Assembly (NCBI GenBank): GCA_016839585.1
Contig: JAEOTZ010000064.1
Span: forward strand, 1 to 13,683
Length of the DNA stretch: 13,683 bases
Reading direction: 5' to 3'
Source of the DNA: Promethearchaeota archaeon
GTDB lineage: Archaea > Asgardarchaeota > Lokiarchaeia > Sigyniarchaeales > SOKP01
Program-made: the position numbers and the translations under genes
Shown here: positions 8,652 to 13,683 of the stretch, piece by piece
Position numbering within the stretch: position 1 is the first letter of the stretch
Layout of the letters: every line of letters starts with the position of its first letter
The notes under the pieces: model-generated
What the model was told of the DNA's origin: nothing
The model's input: the letters and a program-made list of their open reading frames with translations, nothing else
Databases searched by the model: none

Positions 8652-10085
8652 AGCATTAACTGGGCGATCCCATAATCTAAAGAGAATTACACCATTGTTC
8701 CTTAATCTTTTAGACCAAGGAGTGTTAAAATTCATAGGGCTTATATGTAATATTGGTACCGAATACTTTTCTGAATTTTTGACTGTTGGCTTAACTAATT
8801 TATCAGCTAAGGAATCAATAACTTCTTCAGGTTGATGCTGAAATTCAGCATGTTTAGCAATCTCTTCATATGATAAATAATCATCCATAACATCCTGAAA
8901 CCCAACAACCCCATATTGAATGATGGCATCGACTTCGCCTGATTTCATTAATAATTCAGGCAGAGTAATATAGAAATACGGAAGATCCATATCAAAAGTA
9001 CAATCTATAGGATTTTTAAAACTTGCTGTTTGAGGTAAAATTTTCTTTAACTCATCTTGAAGTCCTTCAGAAAGTTCTGGAACTACTAAACCATGCTTTT
9101 CAGCATTATTAGCAACCATTGCTCCTGGACCTCCAGAATTTGTTATGATCCCTAATCGATTACCTTTAGGCTGGATGCCCCTTGATAAAATTAACGCAAT
9201 ATCTAAAAATTCTTGAACATAATCTGTTCTGATAACCCCAGCTTCTTTAAATATTGCTTCAAACATCCTTGAATCACCTGCTAGTGCTCCGGTATGACTT
9301 TGTAAAGCTCGATTTCCTGCTTTAGAACCACCTACATATATCGCAATAATAGGTTTTTTGGGTGTAATTTCTCTTGCTAATTCTAAAAATCTTTTTCCTC
9401 GTTTTAGTTCTTCAACATAGAGTCCTATGATCTCTGTATATGGATCATCTTTATAATATTCTAAGCAATCAACGATATCAATATTAGCTTCATTCCCAAC
9501 TGATAAAGATCTACCCAATCCTAAATCTAAATTTATTGGATCATACCAAATATGGCATGAAAGTGTACCACTTTGCGAGCCAATTGAAAATTTACTCCTT
9601 TCAAGGTTTTCCCAAATAAAGATATTGAAGGATTTATTTTCTTTTTCTGGTCCATACCAGTTATTAAAAACACCTAAACAATTTGGTCCAATAAATCTAA
9701 TTCCATATTCTGTAGCAATCTCATTGATTTCTTCTGTTAAGGTATTTTTGCGATCTCCAACTAATTCACGAAAACCTCCAGAAATTAAAACTATCCTTTT
9801 GACTCCTTTTACTCCACACTCCTTAAAAATATGAGGGACTACTTTAGCGGGGAGGACGATGACTACGAGATCGGGAATCTCCGGAACGTTAGCAATAGAT
9901 TTATAAGCTTTAAATCCCATCACTGTCTGTAATTTTAAGTGTATAGGGTAGACCTTTCCATCATATCCTGACTTAATTAAATTCATAATTTGAAGGGCAG
10001 CTAAGGAATTACCTTTATTATTAGCTCCATAAATCGCAATGCTTTTAGGATTTAGAAATTCATGCAGGAAATGATGTTCACTCAT
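8583..10085 (-). CDS. ADP-forming acetate/acyl-CoA ligase alpha subunit (CoA-binding protein)
   Basis: NPKSIAIYGA, RFIGPNCLG, SQSG, SVGNEA, phospho-His motif SHTGALAG, ITNSGGPG and NPID motifs. Confidence 0.93.
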   Translation of the reverse strand: MSEHHFLHEFLNPKSIAIYGANNKGNSLAALQIMNLIKSGYDGKVYPIHLKLQTVMGFKAYKSIANVPEIPDLVVIVLPAKVVPHIFKECGVKGVKRIVLISGGFRELVGDRKNTLTEEINEIATEYGIRFIGPNCLGVFNNWYGPEKENKSFNIFIWENLERSKFSIGSQSGTLSCHIWYDPINLDLGLGRSLSVGNEANIDIVDCLEYYKDDPYTEIIGLYVEELKRGKRFLELAREITPKKPIIAIYVGGSKAGNRALQSHTGALAGDSRMFEAIFKEAGVIRTDYVQEFLDIALILSRGIQPKGNRLGIITNSGGPGAMVANNAEKHGLVVPELSEGLQDELKKILPQTASFKNPIDCTFDMDLPYFYITLPELLMKSGEVDAIIQYGVVGFQDVMDDYLSYEEIAKHAEFQHQPEEVIDSLADKLVKPTVKNSEKYSVPILHISPMNFNTPWSKRLRNNGVILFRLWDRPVNALAKICEYVEFRRKYTFTQNHLI

Positions 10086-10250
10086 ATATTTTCACTTATT
10101 TTTAAAAAGATTTCATCACTTTAAAATATAAATAAAACATTTCTGCGATGTTTATGTCTAAAATATTTGATGGATTAAGAATTTTAGATTGTTCTCAGTT
10201 TATCTCTGGATTTATTTCCTATGATATATAAGCTCCTGTCAAATTAAAAA

Positions 10251-10279
10251 GACTCAAATCTTGTTTCTACATTTGAGTC
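10251..10279. repeat. 9-bp inverted repeat in a divergent intergenic region
   Basis: GACTCAAAT-N11-ATTTGAGTC; function unknown. Confidence 0.45.
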
Positions 10280-10347
10280 AAATTTTTCTTTAAATATGTA
10301 GAAATTATTTTTCTTTTAGGTTTATAAAATTTCTGCTAAATAAAAAA

Positions 10348-10665
10348 TTGAAAAAGTATAAAATGTCAGTGAAAAAAGTTAAAGATATTCTTATGTATTA
10401 TTGCCAAGTCTGTGGATGGAGTATTTCGAAAAAATTACTAAATGAAATAACTGGGAAAAAAGAAGATATTAATTATTGTACTGAATGTGGAGCTGAGCTC
10501 ATTAAGGGGAATATCATTAGTGACAAAGAATTTGTTATAAAAAATAATATTGATTTAGAGAGAGACATAAATATCACATTAATTAAAAAAGATTTAGATT
10601 TACCATTTCATCGAAGTCACATTAAAGAGATTACAGATTATTTGAAGAAAAGATATTCAAGTTAA
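10348..10665 (+). CDS. Small zinc-ribbon protein
   Basis: CQVC...CTECG pairs. Start may instead be the ATG at 10363. Confidence 0.65.
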   Translation: MKKYKMSVKKVKDILMYYCQVCGWSISKKLLNEITGKKEDINYCTECGAELIKGNIISDKEFVIKNNIDLERDINITLIKKDLDLPFHRSHIKEITDYLKKRYSS

Positions 10666-10811
10666 TATGTAAATAAATTATAAAATTCGATATCTTTTAA
10701 TTTTCAATTTTATGATTTAATTATCATGATTTTTGTAATTTTTTTCTTAATTCAAAAAATTTTTTATTCGTAAAATACAAATTTAATATAAAAACAAAAA
10801 GAGGAAAATAT

Positions 10812-12067
10812 ATGACCAAAATATTTGAAGAAATCCGCATTCTTGATTGCTCACAGAATTAAAGCATATCGCTTTTTAATGAGTAAAATTCATAAGCGGA
10901 CCTTGGGCGGGTATATTTTTTGCAGATCAAGGGGCTGAAGTAATTAAGGTAGAAATTTGAATGCATATCGTATTCATACTATAACCTCCGCCATTTGGAG
11001 AAAGTTTTCGATACTTTATTTTATATGATAAAACCATGTTTCCCTTATTTTCTATATTAAATAGAGGAAAAAAGTCAATTTCTTTAGATTTAAGAAAAGA
11101 GGAAGCTCAAGAAGTTTTCAAGAAATTAGTGGAAAGATCAGATGTAGTAATAGAAAATTTTGTAAGAGGTACGATGGAAAAGTGGGGTATTGGGTATGAT
11201 GTATTAAAAAACATTAATTCAAAATTAATATATGCCAAAATTTCTGGATATGGTAATGAGGGTTTAGAAGAATACACCAACAAAACAGCTTTCGATATTA
11301 TTATTCAAGCAGAGGCAGGAATCTTAAATGCTCTAGGATTTAAAGAAGGACCTCCGAGACTTCCTATTGCAGATTATACAGCAGGTCATATCGCGGCTAT
11401 TGGGATTAGCCAAGCACTTTATTATAGAGAAAAAACAGGTATTGGGCAATTTATTGATATTTCTATGCATGATATCATGTTTGCTATCAATGTTAGAGCT
11501 CAAGCAAAAGAATTTATACCTTTAGCATCCAAAATTGATGTAGGAGGTAAATTTTTACCAGTTTATAATCAATACAAAACAAAAGATGGTAAAAAAATTG
11601 TATTTACAACTCTAACTGAAAACCAATGGATAAGACTATGCGAAAATGTATTGAAGAAACCAGATTTACTAAAAGATAATAGATTTGATAATATAATTAA
11701 GCGTTTTTCTTATGTAGATGAATTAGATAAGATTATAGAAGAATGGACAACAACTGTAACAAGAGAAGAAGCTATAAAACAACTTAATGAATTCAGAATT
11801 CCATGTGGAAAAACCCTAACCATTAATGAAGTTCATAATCATCCAAACCTAAGGGCAAGGGGGATGTTATGTGATCAATTTGATTTTACAAAATGGGGTG
11901 TTGAAAAAGCAACAATTCCCAACCGATTAATCAATTTCTCCGAAACAAAAGGTTCTGTTAATGTTCCAGGTCCGGAATTTGGTGTTCATAATGAAGAGAT
12001 TTATTGTGGTTTATTAGGGTATAAAAAAGAAGATTTAAAGAGATGGAAGCGTGAGAAAATAATATAA
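10812..12067 (+). CDS. Family III (CaiB/BaiF) CoA-transferase, three exons: join(10812..10854,10887..10954,10985..12067), 397 aa
   Basis: Spliced N-terminus MTKIFEEIRILDCSQFISGPWAGIFFADQGAEVIKVEPPPFGE matches the family pattern. NRGKKSISLDL, DVVIENF and catalytic PIADY follow; GAGG RBS at 10801. Confidence 0.92.
10855..10886 (+). other. 32-nt BHB micro-intron 1 of the CoA-transferase gene
   Basis: UGAUU GCUC AC^A GAAUUAAAGC AUAUC GCUUUUUAAU GAGU AA^A AUUCA. Central helix GCUC/GAGU; excision corrects the frameshift and removes the stop. Confidence 0.8.
10955..10984 (+). other. 30-nt BHB micro-intron 2 of the CoA-transferase gene
   Basis: AG GUAG AA^A UUUGAAUGC AUAUC GUAUUCAUA CUAU AA^C CU. 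Central helix GUAG/CUAU; contains in-frame UGA and UAA; excision gives KVE|PPP. Confidence 0.85.
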
Positions 12068-12160
12068 GACATACATATAAGGATTGGAAAAAATTAATTA
12101 AATCATATATATTTATTTTCTAAAAAAATATCTATTAATGTCAAAAAAAGGTAAACTAAT

Positions 12161-12457
12161 ATGAGTGAAGAAGGAGAAGAAAAAGAAAATTTCTTAGAGA
12201 AAATGAATAAAGCATTCGTAGATTTTGTAGGGAGTGTTTTTGGAGAATCTGGAAAAGAATTTATTGAGGAAACTTCTGAAAAAGTGAAAGATTTTTCAAG
12301 TGGTGCCATAAAAAAATTCGTGGAATTTAGTGACGATATGATAGAAAGGTTAAATCTCCAAGAAAATGAGCAAGTTATTAAAACTCGTGATAGTATCGAA
12401 GATATGCTAAAACAGGCAGGATTCCTAAAAGAAGACGAAGAAGAAGAAGAGTTTTAA
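12161..12457 (+). CDS. Acidic helical hypothetical protein
   Basis: 98 aa ORF with an AAGGT RBS and a poly-Glu tail, followed by a T-run. Confidence 0.75.
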   Translation: MSEEGEEKENFLEKMNKAFVDFVGSVFGESGKEFIEETSEKVKDFSSGAIKKFVEFSDDMIERLNLQENEQVIKTRDSIEDMLKQAGFLKEDEEEEEF

Positions 12458-12561
12458 TTCAATTTTTTTTAGCTTTAATGAAGTATTATTAAATTCTTAT
12501 TTATTTTAATTTTTTTACGATATTTTTTTAACAAATTGCTTGAAGAATGTTAAAAATTGCA

Positions 12562-12807
12562 TTATAATGCATCAGCATTTCTTAGAAAAGATTCAATTTC
12601 ATCTTCGGTTGCGTTGAATAATTCAGATATGACCTTTAGAGAGGTTTCTTTGTCCATTCCTACACCAATATAATCCTGATATAATTTAACCCAAGTTTCT
12701 TTTTGAGAATATTTATCTGGATGCTTTTTCTGAACATGTTGCCAGTAAGGATGTTTCAACTTTACACCACAATAAGGGCAAAATCGAGATTCTTCTTCGT
12801 AAGCCAT
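12562..12807 (-). CDS. Small C2H2-type zinc-finger protein
   Basis: CPYC...HVQKKHP motif, then a short helical domain; AGGT RBS. Confidence 0.75.
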   Translation of the reverse strand: MAYEEESRFCPYCGVKLKHPYWQHVQKKHPDKYSQKETWVKLYQDYIGVGMDKETSLKVISELFNATEDEIESFLRNADAL

Positions 12808-12932
12808 ATCAACTACCTATTTTCAGATAGAAAATAATTTTTCTTGAATAATTGTATAAACCAATATTAGTTTAAAAAATTTATAATTTTAATTTTTACT
12901 CAGATTTTTTATAGAGAAGAAATTGTTGATGA

Positions 12933-13442
12933 CTATGTCCATTTCTTTTTTAAATCTGAAGCTGTTAATTCCCTTACTTTATTAATAGCAAATATCACAT
13001 ACTTATAGCATTGCTGTTCCCATTTTTTATTCTCAATATATTTATTCGCAGAATCTAAATCACTAAAATCTATTCCACATAGTTCATAACAAGTAGTTGA
13101 ACCGAATTCTTTTTCGAAGTAATGCACAAATTTAGCCGCTGTTTGATATGCCTCCAAATTTTGGGCTAATTTTTTCTGCCCTCCAACTATTATGCCAATT
13201 GCAGCACAACCTCCACAAACAGCTCCACAAGGGCCTTTCCAACCTTTTAATGATTTGAAACCACCAAAACCTCCGGCTAGTGGGACTGCAAGATTATGAA
13301 AATAAAAATTATCCACTCCCAGAACTTCAAGGATATTTGTTAGAGTAAGTGCTGCACAGTTTGTTTCCATTTCTAGTTTCGGTAAAATTTCTTCTAAGTT
13401 TTTAATTTTTTCATCAAATCGTAAATTAATATCTTTAACCAT
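12933..13442 (-). CDS. C-GCAxxG-C-C family putative redox protein
   Basis: NCA, GGFGG, PCGAVCGG, FGSTTCYEL and QC motifs. GAGGTGA RBS (13448-13454) favours the ATG at 13442. Confidence 0.88.
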   Translation of the reverse strand: MVKDINLRFDEKIKNLEEILPKLEMETNCAALTLTNILEVLGVDNFYFHNLAVPLAGGFGGFKSLKGWKGPCGAVCGGCAAIGIIVGGQKKLAQNLEAYQTAAKFVHYFEKEFGSTTCYELCGIDFSDLDSANKYIENKKWEQQCYKYVIFAINKVRELTASDLKKKWT

Positions 13443-13463
13443 CCAAATCACCTCTAGAAATAA

Positions 13464-13683
13464 CTAGTAGTTTGGAATAAATCCATTATTCAAGATGATT
13501 TCTGTTGCCATTTTCGCAACAGTTCCTACTACATTGGAGCAATGATGTATCAAACCGGATTCAAATGCTTCCTCAAACTCCTTTTCATCCCAGAGGTTGT
13601 AAGTTCGTCCCACTAATTTTGTTTGCACATCAAAGCATCGACATGACCCAAATTTTTCTACATATATGTCATGAAGTTGTTTA
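13464..13683 (-). CDS. C-GCAxxG-C-C family protein, C-terminal part (5' end outside the window; missing from the ORF track)
   Basis: KQLHDIYVEKFGSCRCFDVQTKLVGRTYNLWDEKEFEEAFESGLIHHCSNVVGTVAKMATEIILNNGFIPNY*. Confidence 0.8.
   Translation of the reverse strand, partial: KQLHDIYVEKFGSCRCFDVQTKLVGRTYNLWDEKEFEEAFESGLIHHCSNVVGTVAKMATEIILNNGFIPNY

Noticed and set aside
4382-10984. Sequencing error or pseudogene decay as the cause of the split genes
   Set aside because: The breaks are discrete 30-32 nt structured inserts with the same loop and exon-matched helices, and both genes are otherwise intact. Read-level confirmation is still needed.
10855-10984. MITE or transposon footprints
   Set aside because: No consistent target-site duplication and no shared terminal repeat sequence; the asymmetry of the inserts matches BHB geometry instead.
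11036-11038. Track start codon for the CoA-transferase
   Set aside because: It would omit the conserved N-terminal motifs encoded at 10812-11035.
1837-12309. Short track ORFs at 1837-2022, 3495-3707, 3689-3919, 7672-7941, 8366-8638, 8608-8835, 9625-9834 and 12103-12309
   Set aside because: Antisense shadows of better-supported coding regions, with no recognisable motifs.
1-13683. CRISPR array, tRNA, rRNA, transposase or integrase
   Set aside because: None recognised by eye.

Overview
AT-rich window that looks archaeal (GGTGA/GAGGTGA ribosome-binding sites, an archaeal-type RHH+PIN toxin-antitoxin pair, an ADP-forming acyl-CoA synthetase alpha subunit, several small Zn-finger proteins). It resembles Asgard/Lokiarchaeia DNA, but that placement is inference. 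Most genes act in acyl-CoA metabolism: enoyl-CoA hydratase, acetoacetate-CoA ligase, ACD alpha and a family III CoA-transferase. Main discovery: two genes that the ORF track shows as broken are interrupted by three 30-32 nt micro-introns (4382-4411 on -, 10855-10886 and 10955-10984 on +). Each folds into a bulge-helix-bulge (BHB) splice motif, and all three share an ATATC loop. Cutting at the canonical BHB positions restores the frame and the conserved family motifs in all three cases, giving proteins of 662 aa and 397 aa. Also present: a free-standing Zn-finger/LAGLIDADG gene directly upstream of one intron-containing gene, a VapBC module flanked by a diverged duplicate of the acetoacetate-CoA ligase 3' end, a truncated Trm112-like remnant with an in-frame TGA at a likely Cys position, and tandem C-GCAxxG-C-C genes.
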